A stretch of DNA of 64,000 bases from Eledone cirrhosa (Eukaryota), in contig OZ024743.1 of the NCBI GenBank assembly GCA_964016885.1, forward strand, positions 279,310,001 to 279,374,000, given 5' to 3'. The notes under the pieces are model-generated. The model made no database searches. It was not told the DNA's origin and saw only the letters and a program-made list of their open reading frames with translations. This document shows positions 15,345-28,149 of the stretch, in pieces. How positions within the stretch are numbered: the stretch's first letter is position 1; every line of letters begins with the position of its first letter. The position numbers were made by a program, and so were the translations under genes.

Positions 15345-18300
15345 TAAAATAACAGATTAATGTTTAAGCAAAGAATCGCTGCTTTCACCCTTAACGGGAT
15401 CTTCTAGAACTAACAAAGTCAATCTCTAAACGCAGAAATGGATATTTCAAAAAACGTTGCAACCGGGGGAAGACAGGAAGACGATACTTTGGTTCGTGGT
15501 GACGTTCCCTGGCAAAGAAGGGAAAAAAAACTAATATAATACGTCATTAATAGGAGCGGTGAAAAACAATTACGCGCAAAGACAAAACCACGTTTATGGT
15601 ATAAAAGAAGTCGTAGACTAATGTTCTCTTAGGTGGTTCATAGAGACGTTCTCTGGCAATGAACGAAAAAAACGAAGATAATACGTCATATGTGGAGCAT
15701 GGATAATAATTGCACGCAAAGACAAAACCACGTAAATGGTATAGCTGAAGTCGTAGACTAAATTCTAACTAGGAATCCGAATGAATCTCCGCTTCAGAGT
15801 TAAGAATAAAGTAAATAAATACAATACAGGGGTAAAAGAATTAAATAAATGCATACACACATGCAAATACGTACATACACAAGCATACGCAAAACACTTG
15901 CCATAGGTATACAAAACCACGCACATATAAATATGTGTCTGTGTGCGTGTATACAAATAAATAATTAAATAAACGTATATAAATAAATAAATACGTATAT
16001 AACAAGCGCACACACATACCTACATGTAAATACACAAATGTTCGGAGACGTAAGTCAGCCAAAACACGAAGTACACACATACACACACCCTACATACGTA
16101 CGAAGCTGCATACACACGCAGACGCAAAACTCCCGTATACACATAATCAAACCATATGTACCAGAATATATAAAAAATGTATACGCCATAACATAATCAA
16201 TCAAATATATGTATGAGAAAGTACACGTACCTTCACAAAACAAACAGGTAATATATACTTACCTATGCAAATTAGTAATGGTATAAACAAAACATATACT
16301 TAGCTACCACATCAAGACGTAAAATATCCACGTATAGAATGTACTATCCGTTAGGGTATAATGTGGGGCTGTAATACAGGAAAGGTTTGTGCAATTTATG
16401 TTTACAAGTCGAAATTGCCTCAGATTTTTTGTTTAAGATGTGGTCTGTGGCGTAGAGTATTTCCAGGGCCTCAGCGGCGCAGAGTTCACATGGTCTTTTA
16501 TTTCCGTTATACGGTCTAGCCCTAGCTAGGATATCCCAGTGTAACTTAAATTGGGTGTGGTTGTCTTTTAGACTCCAGATATAAGCTGAAAGTGACGTCA
16601 TATTCCTTCTTAGAGGGTAACGAAAAGAATGGGTATGCATGTAAAGACGCTGCTTGAATCTATTGACGGTTAACCCTATGTAGGCCCTACAAGACGTGGG
16701 TGTTTCAACCTTACATTTGTAGACAATGTTACTAGAGAGGCATTTCCCGGATAGGGGGCAATCAACCCGATTCCTACAATTACAGTTAGTACTAACTACA
16801 GGGTTGCATGTGTTCCTACGGTTAGGTAGTTTATCTAAATTTGAAGCTGTGGTGTTATGTGCAAGGTTAGGAGTCGTAGAGTAAGAAATTTTAATAGTAT
16901 TTCTATTAAAAATGTTACTATATTTATGTGTAGGGGGAAAATGCTTCGTAATAAGGGAAAGAAAGATCTTAGCTAATGGTGTGGCCACCTCCATATTATA
17001 TGGTGGGTTATACCAACAAATGGGACGGGATCTATTTCTTCTAGGTCTATTTTCGTACTCTGTATATGCAACCTTATCGACAAATCCACTCCGAGCAAGA
17101 GCTTCATTGTAATAAGTGGAATGGTCGTTGAAAATATGCTCGTTAGTAGATAGACGCGAAAGCCTCAATGAAACGTTTCTTATCAGGTTCTTGGTTATGC
17201 TGGCAGGATGGTTGGAATGCTTACTTATGTAATTAAGCGTATCATTCGGCTTTCTATACGGGTAATACAACCCATTCGATAAATTGAGGGTAACGTCGAG
17301 GTAATTAACAACCGAGAGATTGGCCTCAACCTGTATAGAGAGGTTGAAGCCTTTAAAGAAGGCTGTGAGTTCTTTTCTGAACCTGTCGCAAGCACGAGGT
17401 CCGCACTTAGTCATGGTCAAAAGACCATCATCACGGTACAAACGACCGCCCGCGTTGGGGAATTCGTCCTTGATAGAGAAAAGAAGGAAAAGGCCGACAA
17501 GATCAGTAACCTCCGCAGAATCGATGGCGCCCATACTCACGTCGATTGGGGTACTATTGGATTTTTTAATCCAAATAGAGTCGTCGAAATTAATCACCGA
17601 CTTACGGGCATTGAGGATGACATCAACTTCGAAATCCTTAACCACTCTGAGTGTTTTAGCGAAATTGATAGCTCTAAGGAGAAGTGGTAAAGTGATGGAG
17701 GAGTAGTAATTGTTCATGTCGAATTGGATAAAACGGCAATGTTCCTTATTGCATATGCTGTTGAGCCAATCAATCACCCCGAAAGAATTGTTCCACAGAG
17801 GGGCCAAACTTCTAATTTCAGGTATAATTCTATCAAGAACCCTTTTACTAAGTCTACCTAAATCGGACTTCGTAGGGTTAATAAGCCGAATAGAGGGGTT
17901 GTTCGGAAAATTGGATTTGTGATCCTTCAGGGTAAAGTGGGGAGAAATAGGGTCCAGAGGTTCGGTCCGGTCCAGGATGTTGAGATCAGAGGTGATTTTA
18001 AACCCAGCATCGTTGATTTCATTGATGACGCACCGATTAGTTTTACGGTAATCCTTAGTTACAGCATTATGTAGTAGTTGATGGTAAGTACTGCACTCCA
18101 CTTGATATAGGTTGCCAGTTTTGTCGGAATGGACGTGCACGGCATTAGAATCCTTAATAGAACGAATTCTATTCTTCAGATACTGCTGGAAGGAATTGCC
18201 CCTATCGCGAAATTTGATACTCCGTATGAGTTCCAAGACATCATTCTCGAAGGGTAGCAATGCTGGGTTACACGGGGGGTTATTATAGGTTTTTTACCCA

Positions 18301-18825
18301 AATTTATCCTGTTTGTTGTCTGCTTTTCGCGGATTATCGAAATAAAAGGCACGCCAACGCAACCTTTTAATGAACGCATCTGTTTTCTGTATCAGGAGTT
18401 TTAGGTATGTTTTCCTGCTTGGTACGGGTATGTTCTTTGTAGAAATATTCATATGTTGCTTCTGCATGATGAATATAAGTCAATAGAGTGCTCAACCGAG
18501 GGAGCCAAATAGTAATAATAATAAATTTGAAGACTAAAATCCAAAGAGGGCTCGATAAGTATAAATATATATCAAATATATAAGAACCGTAGAGCAAATA
18601 TTTATTAAAATAACAGATTAAAGTTTAAGCAAAGAATCGCTGCTTTCACCCTTAACGGGATCTTCTGAAACTAACAAAGTCAATCTGTAAACGCAGAAAT
18701 GGATATTTCAAAAAACATGCAACCGGAGGAAGACAGGAAGACGATACTTTGGTTAGTGGAAACGTTCCCTGGCAAAGAACGGGAAAAAATGAATATAATA
18801 CGTCATTAATAGGAGCGGTGAAAAC
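15341..18825 (-). mobile_element. Near full-length Penelope-like element with direct terminal repeats (pLTRs ~15341-15566 and ~18602-18825)
   Basis: Both repeats begin ttattaaaataacagatta..gtttaagcaaagaatcgctgctttcaccc. The 3' terminus abuts a (TA)n tract. A third terminus copy is at 45767-45840. Confidence 0.9.
16344..18467 (-). pseudogene. Penelope-like RT-GIY-YIG ORF (~707 codons) with a single in-frame TAA at 18294-18296
   Basis: The 638 aa ORF extends in frame to MQKQHMNISTKNIPVPSRKTYLKLLIQKTDAFIKRLRWRAFYF. Motifs IRLINP, FIQFDMNNYYSSI, MGAIDSAEVTDLVG, LYRDDGL, CNCRNRVDCPLSGKC, IVYKC..AYIGLTVNRFKQR and CELC. Confidence 0.95.
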
Positions 18826-19007
18826 TACGATTCCTAACTTTGCACATAACATCACAGCTTCAAATTTAGCTAAACTACCTAACCGTAGGAACACGTGCAA
18901 CCCTGTAGTTAGTACTATCTGTAATTGTAGGAATCGGCTTGATTGCCCCCTATCCGGCAAATGCCTCCCTAGTAACATTGTCTACAAATGTAAGGTTGAA
19001 ACACCCA
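18826..19007 (+). mobile_element. Inverted internal fragment of the same Penelope ORF fused to the upstream pLTR
   Basis: Translates TTIPNFAHNITASNLAKLPNRRNTCNPVVSTICNCRNRLDCPLSGKC, the reverse complement of ~16697-16879 with several substitutions. Confidence 0.9.
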
Positions 19008-19355
19008 ATTATTGAAAAAGTTTTTTTTTTATTTTAAATATTACAATCATAATTTTCTCTAACATATAATATATCTCGTTAACAATATTTTGTAATGTCA
19101 TTTACACAAAATGAAGATATTAAGACATGTCAAATAACAGCAACACACACTGAATAATAGTCTTTACAGAATCCAATTTCATGTTGCATTGTTATTTTTT
19201 ATATATAAAAAAGCAAAAACAAATCAAAACAAACCAAAACATGCACACATTTAGCCAGAGAAATATACTAATGTGTGTTTTGTACGTAATTCTCTAAAAA
19301 GAAACACACACACTTACAATTACACACGCAAACATATACCTGCATACGAACACAT

Positions 19356-19496
<141 letters not shown>

Positions 19497-19625
19497 TATA
19501 CATATATATATAAATATATATATATATATATCCAGGAAGCCCCAACCGTTAAGGTTATCTTTTTTCAGGGTATGTCAATATTTATTTATAAAACTAATCT
19601 GTGTTGTATTTTATCTGATGAAAAC

Positions 19626-20440
19626 TACAGAAACCCATCAGGACAACAAATAATGGAAAAATAGTGTGTGAAAGATTTAGGCATGCACATGGGAACCAGC
19701 CTAAAATTCAGAGAACACCTTGACTCAGTCTGTCTTACTACAAGAAAGTACAGCGGGTGGATCTTGCGCACCTTCAAATCAAGAGATACCTCAACAATGA
19801 AAACCCTCTGGAACAGTATGATACTTCCGAGGATTGACTACTGTTCTCAGTTGTGGTCACCAACAACAAAGGGCCAACTATCTAAGATGGAATCGCTCCA
19901 AAGAAATTTTACCTCATACTTCTCAGAAACGAGGGACCTGGACTATTGGCAAAGACTCAAAACCTTGAAGATGTACTCAATAGAAAGAAGATTTGAGCGA
20001 TACCGAATTATATACATTTGGAAAATGATAGAGCAAAAGGAGCCAAACTTTGGTATCAAAACCTACCACTCACTGCGCCACGGAAGACGCTGCCAGCTAC
20101 CACCAATCAACAAAAGGGCTGGCCAGGCAGCAAAAACCCTGCGAGAGTCAAGTCTGTTGGTTCGAGGGGCACAACTATTCAACTCCATTCCGGTACATGT
20201 CAGAAATCTATGAGGATGCAGTGTGGAATCATTCAAATTGCAGCTGGATAGATACTTAAGCACCATTAGAGATGAACCCCATTTCCCAGGATATACACAA
20301 CGAGCACAAACTGACTCAAACTCGCTCCTACACATGTCAAAATTAAACAGAGAATCCAACCTGGCAACCACACCAGATTCTGAGGGTGGAGTCTTCGACT
20401 TGGCCTGAGCATGGACTGAAACTCAAATGAAATGAAATGA
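19626..20440 (+). mobile_element. 3' end of a CR1-group LINE
   Basis: KDLGMHM, LPRIDYCSQLWSP, MESLQRNFT, DYWQRLKTLKMYSIERR, LFNSIP and SFKLQLDRYL, then a (TGAAA)n tail. Confidence 0.8.
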
Positions 20441-20533
20441 AAAGAAACCATAATTTGCCTTGGTGGCCCTTGAAATATATATAATAGAATAAATATGGTT
20501 TTATAAATATAGTTTCCATTTGTTAATATATTG

Positions 20534-20564
<31 letters not shown>

Positions 20565-20679
20565 GTATATATATATATGTATATATATATACATATATAT
20601 ATGTGTGTATATATATATTTCTATATATGTATAAAACTTTATAACTTTGAATAACTTTGAAATGTTTTGGCCAGTATTG

Positions 20680-20869
20680 GCCCAGGCCATGTCTAACTTA
20701 ATAGCACCACCTGGCGAAGTCTTTCAATTCAGGATTTGGGCACCATGGCCCATTCGAGAAGAGAATTACTGTTTGCGGAGACATATCCGGGTGTGGGTGG
20801 TTTGTCCGGGATTACTTGGAGGAATTTGTCCAAAGACTTCTTGAATTTTGTGTGGTCAGTTTCTGTTTT

Positions 20870-20871
<2 letters not shown>
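20680..20871 (-). mobile_element. Extreme 3' end of a related CR1-group LINE in opposite orientation
   Basis: KFKKSLDKFLQVIPDKPPTPGYVSANSNSLL parallels FKLQLDRYLSTIRDEPHFPGY..DSNSLL. Confidence 0.7.
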
Positions 20872-20933
<62 letters not shown>

Positions 20934-21591
20934 TACATATATATAATATATCTAGATACAAACATAGTCATATATATATATATATATCTGTGTGTGTGTA
21001 AATATATATTTATACATACACGTGTGCGTGTGTGTAGGTGTGTCAGTGAAATTCTCCGCACGCATATATATTTATACACATCTACGTATCTATACATCAA
21101 CTTACATGGTGTATCATAAAATTTGAACATATATCCAACACACATTCTGATGACAATATCTTTTATAAGAACATTTTTCACCAACAAACAAATCGTAGAA
21201 GCCAGCAGTCATGAGTCACCACAAGATATTTCAAAAGCCAGACATTATCTTAAATCCACGAACTTTATTAACTAATGCATTCAAAGATATTCATTTCTGT
21301 ACAGAGAAATTCACTGAACTAGCAGGTGTTTCGTACTGTTTTCAGTTCTCTAAATAAAATATTTTAAAAGCAGCATCTTGAAAGATGTTTACGAAAAACT
21401 GCTCGAATTGATTTAGATTGTTCGGTGTTATATGTGCGCAAATATATGTAACTATATTAGATAAATTAAGATAAACACATACAAAAACATGCGCGAACAC
21501 ACACACACACACACATACACATAGTCATATGTATGTATACATATTTGTATATATATATGCGTGTGTATATGTGTGTGTGTATATACATACA

Positions 21592-21664
<73 letters not shown>

Positions 21665-21683
21665 AACAACATGAGATAATTAT

Positions 21684-21744
21684 TTCATTCACCAGTGGTT
21701 TCTTGAAAACAGATATTGCATTTGTTTTCAGTCGGCAGAATGAA
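21684..21744 (-). ncRNA. Decayed hammerhead of the 10.1 kb family
   Basis: ttcatt CTGCCGA c tgaaaaca..tgttttca a GAAA ccactgg TG aatgaa. Core and cleavage site are mutated; flanks are homologous to 10070-10250. Confidence 0.65.
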
Positions 21745-21967
21745 TACAAAACATGGTATTTTTTTAAATATGGATTGGATTTGAAAACAAAATTTGAGAA
21801 ATATGAAAGTGGGGCTGAGAAAATAAACGGGCGAAAAAGGAGAGGGGAGAAAATATATATATATAAATAAACAATAATTATCTAGAACGTAAACATACAC
21901 ACACTCGACAACGTGCATATACTAAAAAGCAGTCTTTTTTCCTGCGGTTTTCCGATGGAATTACTTC

Positions 21968-22070
<103 letters not shown>

Positions 22071-22442
22071 TACATAGCGTGACACAGAATCAGTCAGTTA
22101 GAACCAGACAGAAGCAGGAACAAACCAATAAGGGAAAAACTGGTATATATACAACAGAAATGGTACACCGCCGTGGCAATCTGTTGTCGAAATAGACAAA
22201 CAGAGATTCAAACCCTACCGAGAGTATGGTTCCGGAGTATTTTGAAGGACGAACAATGATACGAAAATACGGTGCTGGGGGCAAAATTCTATGATATAAT
22301 AAACTCAACAAACTCAACAAAACATGTGAAATTACATACCTAGAACAAAATACATACATACCCCCCCCCCCACACACACATACATATATATATACATATA
22401 TATATATAGGAAAAAGAAACTTTCGCCGTATTTTTTTACTAA

Positions 22443-22583
22443 AGAAATTTTAGCCTGATAGTGCTTTTTAGAATCCTCTAAGAAATGGAAAAAGATGAGT
22501 ATTAACGTACATGTACGTCGATACTCATCTTTTTCCATTTCTTAGAGGGTTTTAAACCCCACCACTATCAGGCTAAAATTTCT
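22443..22583. repeat. Loopless palindrome sharing termini with 24071-24420
   Basis: tttagcctgatagtg...gtacatgtac...cactatcaggctaaa. Confidence 0.9.
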
Positions 22584-22589
22584 GTTTAG

Positions 22590-23535
22590 AAAAAATCTTA
22601 GCAGTACTTTCTGTTTTTCTGTCAGTCTTAAGCTTTCTTTTTTGAGATTGAGTATCATCAATGATTAGGTCCATTCGTTTGGCCACTTCATTGTTTCCCA
22701 TATCTTCTGACAGTGAACTGTCAGTGACCTGAAGTATTTTGGCCATCCATGTTTAAGAGCTCTGATGGAATTTTATCGACATCTGGGGATTTACAATCTT
22801 TGAGGATGTGCAACGCCTTCTTCGACTTCGTCTGGGAGAATTGGTATATCCTCAATTTCTTTGTTCTTATTGGTGGAATTGTCCAACATTTGATGTCATG
22901 CTTGAGCTTGTGGTTCTAAAGGTTTTTACAATACTCTGAGCATATTTTGATGACATCTGCCTCGTCTGTGATGAGCAAGCCAGTGTTGTTCTCCGTGGGA
23001 GTGGCGTTGTGTTGCCTTTTTTTTTAAATTAGAATTTTGATTGTTGCTTAAGCAGACTTATCGTTGCCCTTTTTTGCATTGGTATTTAACTTCACTCATT
23101 TTCTTGCAGACCGCCACATTCACAGCATTGTGTTGTTGTCTTGACTCCTGATCTGATAGATTGATCTTCCTCAAATCACATCTTGTATCACATAGGTTGA
23201 AGATGTCATTAGTAACCGATGGTTTATTTTGTTTTCACTTTCTCTCCAGCAATCTAAAACTGTTTCATGAATAGCTTCTTTGATCGTTTAAGTAGTTAAT
23301 AGCTTCTAGAAGATTGAGGGGTGCAAACCTAGCACCTACGTTTGTCTCAAACGTTGTAGCAACCCCATGATCTCTTAGTTAAATCTGCATCAAACCTGAT
23401 ACGCGTAACTTCCTTTTTATGAATCCTTTTCAATTGAAACTTTAGTGCCATCAGAACCAGATCAAAATTACCGTTCACATCTGCACCAGCGCTAGTCTTT
23501 GTCCTATTCATACTGGACTTGAATGTTTGAGGTAA
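22590..23535 (-). mobile_element. Highly degenerate RTE-like LINE fragment (EN-RT linker to start of RT)
   Basis: The minus strand reads ...PILPDEVEE... followed by a decayed K.PG.D.I..EL-like segment, with many stops and frameshifts. Confidence 0.55.
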
Positions 23536-24070
23536 ACCTCAACAATACACATAACAAAATTAATATATATTTATCATGACTAAATATTTTGTATATAGGA
23601 ATCATACACGACTTTATTCTTTGTTACATCGCATTAGTGATGTCGCATATGTGTGTGTGTCTGAGTGTGTGTGTGTATATGTGTGTGTATATGTGTGTGT
23701 ATGTGTGTCTATAGAGAAGGAAAGAAAAAAGATGCTTTCATACAATTTTGACAGAATTTTAATAAATTCTTAACTTTACTACGAATATATATTCTCTAAC
23801 ATACTTAAGTACACAATTCAAGCATATTTACATAGGTACGTTACCGTTCAACTATTATACAATAGATACGTTTTATGTATTAAAAACAGAACAAGATTAT
23901 ATGTACATATGCCTATGTATGGGTGTGTATCTCCATCTGTGCCTATATATCTATAAGAATATATACATACACATATATGTACTCACACATACTCATACAT
24001 ACATATATATATTGTCATACTTGGAGAGTGTCATATCGAAAACCTTGCAAAACAAATATATATATATATA

Positions 24071-24420
24071 TTATTTAGCCTGATAGTGGGGTTAAGAACC
24101 CTCGTAGAAATGGAAAAAGATGAGTATTGACGTACATGGGAGTTGAACCCACATCTTTGGTTATCCGGACCACTGTGCTACCATTTACACCAACACATAA
24201 CTCTCGGAGAAATGGAAACAGATGAGTATTGACGTACATGGGAGTTGAACCCACATCTTTGGTTATCCGGACCACTGTGAGACCATTTACACCAAGACAT
24301 GTGATGTGTTGGTGTAAATGGTCCGGATAACAAAAGATGTGGTTTCGGCTCCCATGTACGTCAATACTCATCTTTTTCAATTTCTTCGAGGGTTCTTAAC
24401 CCTACTATCAGGCTAAATAA
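24071..24420. repeat. Palindromic element containing tRNA-like (A/B box) modules and an internal ~100 bp tandem duplication
   Basis: ttatttagcctgatagt / actatcaggctaaataa termini. Minus strand 24138-24192 reads tggtgtaaatggtagcaca...ggttcaactccc. Confidence 0.8.
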
Positions 24421-25107
24421 TTTCTTTAATTTCTTTAGTCAAAATAGGGCGATAGCTTACATTTCTAATAATTTCAAACCAACTCGGTGTTTCGAAAATA
24501 TTCTTACATACATATTTGTAGACAGAGCCGACGCTTGACTATGCTGCCACTCAAGGAAGAGTTTAAATCCTGCCTCCCCCACATAATATCAATTTCAAAA
24601 TTTATAAACAATAAACTTTTAAAATGTTATTTTTACATTTAAGCATAAACCGCGGGTTATTCTTAAAAAAGATTACCCCTCTCTGCTCAAATGTCCTGAC
24701 ACCCCATAAAAATCACTACTTGATACTATTTTATTTGCAAAATTAAGGCAAGAATAAACTAACATAAAGATAAACATGATGAACTAATAGCTTATTGGAC
24801 AGTTGAACAGACGCTCAAAAATAATCAGGGGCGGTTGAACAGGGGGCAGGGGAGCCATAGCCACACCACACCCCTAATAATAATATTTTTCTCCCATACT
24901 ACCAAAACACACATCTATTTGTATATGCGTTACAATTTATGTACATGTTATGTAGGGCCAGACGGGAGAGATAAATATAGATATATATTTCTATTTATTT
25001 GCCACCAGGGCATCAAAGATTGGGACAAATACAAAGGGGCGACTTTACATACATTTTAAAAGACGTGTAAAAAACATATAACAAATTAGATTTAACAATC
25101 GATGTCC

Positions 25108-27995
25108 TCAATAGGGAGGGGCGTTGACATGGGTCACCCCCCCCCGAAAAAATGTGCAACCCTCCTCTTCAGGAGCACAAAGAGAGGGTGCTTCCTTCCG
25201 CTTCTTATTCTTCTCCTCTCTCACCCACAGGCTGATATAGAGAAAAGGCCCATTCACTCGGGCCATTGTCGCTTCTTTCACCCATCTTTCATAAAACTTG
25301 CTGGGGTAGAGCACCTCTCTCTCCATTCTGATCCTTCTTCTAAAGTGGTACTTGAAAAAAAAGACCAGTTGTTGGCCGGAGAGAAAGGTATCTGACCTCA
25401 GCCCTTTCAACCTTGTCCACCCTACAACTTCCTTCGCCATGGCTATCACACAGAGGAAAACCGCCTCTCCTTCGTTTGTGAAAGGGGGAAGTGGTTTGAT
25501 CGTGACAATGTTCTCGGTGGTCAACCGGATTGGTTCCACTCGCGACAGTAGTCCTTCCACATAGCCCCACAGGTCAGCAACGACCGGGAAGTGTACGAAT
25601 GCGTGTGCGACAGTTTCCTCGTCACGCACGCAACTCGGACAGATCTTCTTCGAGGGGTCCTTACCCGGGCGCCCTTGTCTGTAGAGCTTGTCACGAACGG
25701 GTAGAGCTCCTCGGTAACATTGCCAAGCGAGGGACTTTTGGAAGTTGTCCATCGGTCCCGGGCCAAACGTCCTACCGAACAGACTGGCCAGCTCGTCTTC
25801 CTCCATGCCCAGAACCTCTCCGAGAGCGTCGTCGCACTTACTGCGCACCACCCCTCTATAGAATGTTGAGGTTGAGTCTCCACTGATTGCCGGATCCGCT
25901 TGCCAGAGGGCCGTGAGCGCCTGGGCACATTCAATGTGCCAGTCGCCCACTTTTCTCGGTCTTTGCTTGACCCAGGATTGCAGCTCGGTGATTGAGACGA
26001 GTCTCGGAAAGGCTCGCCTCACAAACAGGGCCCACACCGGCTGACCGGTGAGGAATACCTGGAGGTGCCGTAGCATTAATGCGTGTCTACGCATCGTCAG
26101 CCACGGCATTGCCAGCCCTCCGTTCGAAGGGTGTTGACAGCAGATGGATCTTCTCACCAAAGGAGCCCGCTTCTTCCAAAGAAATCGGAAGAGCACGCGC
26201 TCCATTTTGGCGAGTGTTTTCTCTGGGCAAGGCACGACGGTCAAGCGGTAGCAGATGACGGACGCTATATAAGCGTTCGCCACCTCCGCTCGACCTTTCA
26301 GGGATAGTTTGCACTCGGCCCACTTCTGGGCGAGTGCAAACACATTGCCCGTTACCTCGTCCCCGTTTTTCTCCACCTGGAGGTCCAGTCCGAACCAGAC
26401 CTCGAGCAGCTTCACCGGTCCGTCCGTCCAGCGTCCGACGATGCCGTCGGAGGGCATCATTTTGCGCCTCCACCTCCCGAGTTGCAAACCGATGGACTTG
26501 TCCCGATTCAGCTTGGCTCCTGTGAACCTTTCATATTCCTCCAGTAAGGTGCCGATCTGCCCGATTTCCGAGGCGCACGACACCATTACTGTCACGTCAT
26601 CGGCGTAGGCCGACACCGCTTTCCGCAATCCCGGTTCCAAGGGGATGCCCTGCAACAGCTCCAGCTTCCGCAGTAGTGACTCGAGAGCCAGCACATACAG
26701 GAGGGAGGAGAGAGGACATCCCTGTCGGATGGATCGCGTGATTTGGAACGGCTCCGAGAGGTAGCCGTTCACCTTGACCCTTGAGCAGGTGTTGCTGCTG
26801 TGCATTGCAGCAATCCAGCCCCTGAAAACGGGTCCGAAGTCTGCCGCCGCGAGCACCGCATCCAGGTACAGATGGTCAACCCTATCGAACGCCTTAGATT
26901 GATAAAAGTTGATCAGGGCCCCACCAAAGCCGGGTTCGTTCCCTACCATCTCTACGATGTATCGCATGAGGTGGAGGTTGTCGTGTATGGACCTGGACAG
27001 GACTTCGCATGTCTGCGCTTCTCCCACCAGGTTCCCGACGACAAGCGCCAACCTCTTCGCTAACACCTTGGCCAAAATCTTTAACTCTGTGTTTAGCAGA
27101 GTTATGGGCCTGAAGTTATCTATGTCATCCCCCTTGTCTCGTCCTTCCTCACCAGCGTGACTACGCCCTTGGTCACAGAACTGGGAATTCTCCCGTTCTG
27201 TTGCCAGTTGCAGTAGAGCGCCTCGATGAGACCGGAGAACAAGCGCGGCATCGCTACATAAAGTTCGTATGGTAGACCGTCGAGACCGGGAGATTTGCGT
27301 TTGCCGCATTGGCACAGCGCTTCCCCTATTTCAGCGGCTGAAATCGGCCTCTCGCAGGACTTCGCCTCCCCGTCCGAGAGCCGCGCCAGACCGTCGAGGT
27401 ATGGACCGAAATCCATGGCCCCACCCGGCCCGCCGCCCCTCCCGAACAGTCGTGCAAAGCACCGTTGAAACGCCACGCTCATCCGCTCAGGTTCAAGGAT
27501 CACGCGTCCATCCTGGTCCTTCAAAGACCGAATCTTGGACTAGTTTCCACTTTTTGCCTCTGTCACTCGGGCCCAGCTAACAGCTTTGGCCCCCTCGTTA
27601 CACAGAGAACGTATTTTACTCCTGACAACGCTGCCCTCGTGCTTCGCATCAAAGAACTGGTCTAATGCCGTTCTTGACGCCAGCACGCCGGCCACGTTGC
27701 CACTCCTAATCGCCTCTTCTACTCTATTTGTTAATTCCCTTTCAGTTCTATTCCTATCTGATGCTAATTCCCGACTAAAACCTATCGATTCTATTCTAAT
27801 TTCTCTCTTGAGAGAGCCCCACCACCTGCTGTTGACAATTTCCCCCGTCAAACGCTGCTTAACTAGTGTGCTAATCCGCTTACTGTAAGCTTTGTTTGTC
27901 GGTAAAGACAAGTTTAGCTTCCAGTAACCGGGTCCCTGTCTATGAGTTCTATCAAGGTTGACCACTTCGGTCAACAACTTGTGATCCGAATAGGG
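25108..27995 (-). mobile_element. 5'-truncated Tx1/L1-clade LINE ORF2 (APE C-terminus, RT, CCHC-like zinc knuckle), frameshifted
   Basis: YSDHKLL, GPGYWKLN, KSPGLDGLPYELY, NFRPITLLNTELKILAK, SKAFDRVDH, RQGCPLSSLLY, YADDVTV, LSLKGRAEVAN and CPSC...ETVAHAF. Confidence 0.92.
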
Positions 27996-28149
27996 CGAAA
28001 ATTAGTTGACTCAACGTCTGATGGCCCAGGCAAGGGGTTAAACTAAACAATGCTATTAAATTGAGCAATGAACTCACAGTCTTTTTGACAATAATCCGTA
28101 AAATTCCGGAGCGAAGAAATTCACGCCTATATCAAGTGGTAATTAATAT

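Noticed and set aside
24105-24299. Repeat-spacer-like pattern suggesting a CRISPR array or tRNA genes
   Set aside because: Only two tandem units with no unique spacers, in a eukaryotic context. The tRNA-like part lacks a complete cloverleaf and is SINE-like.
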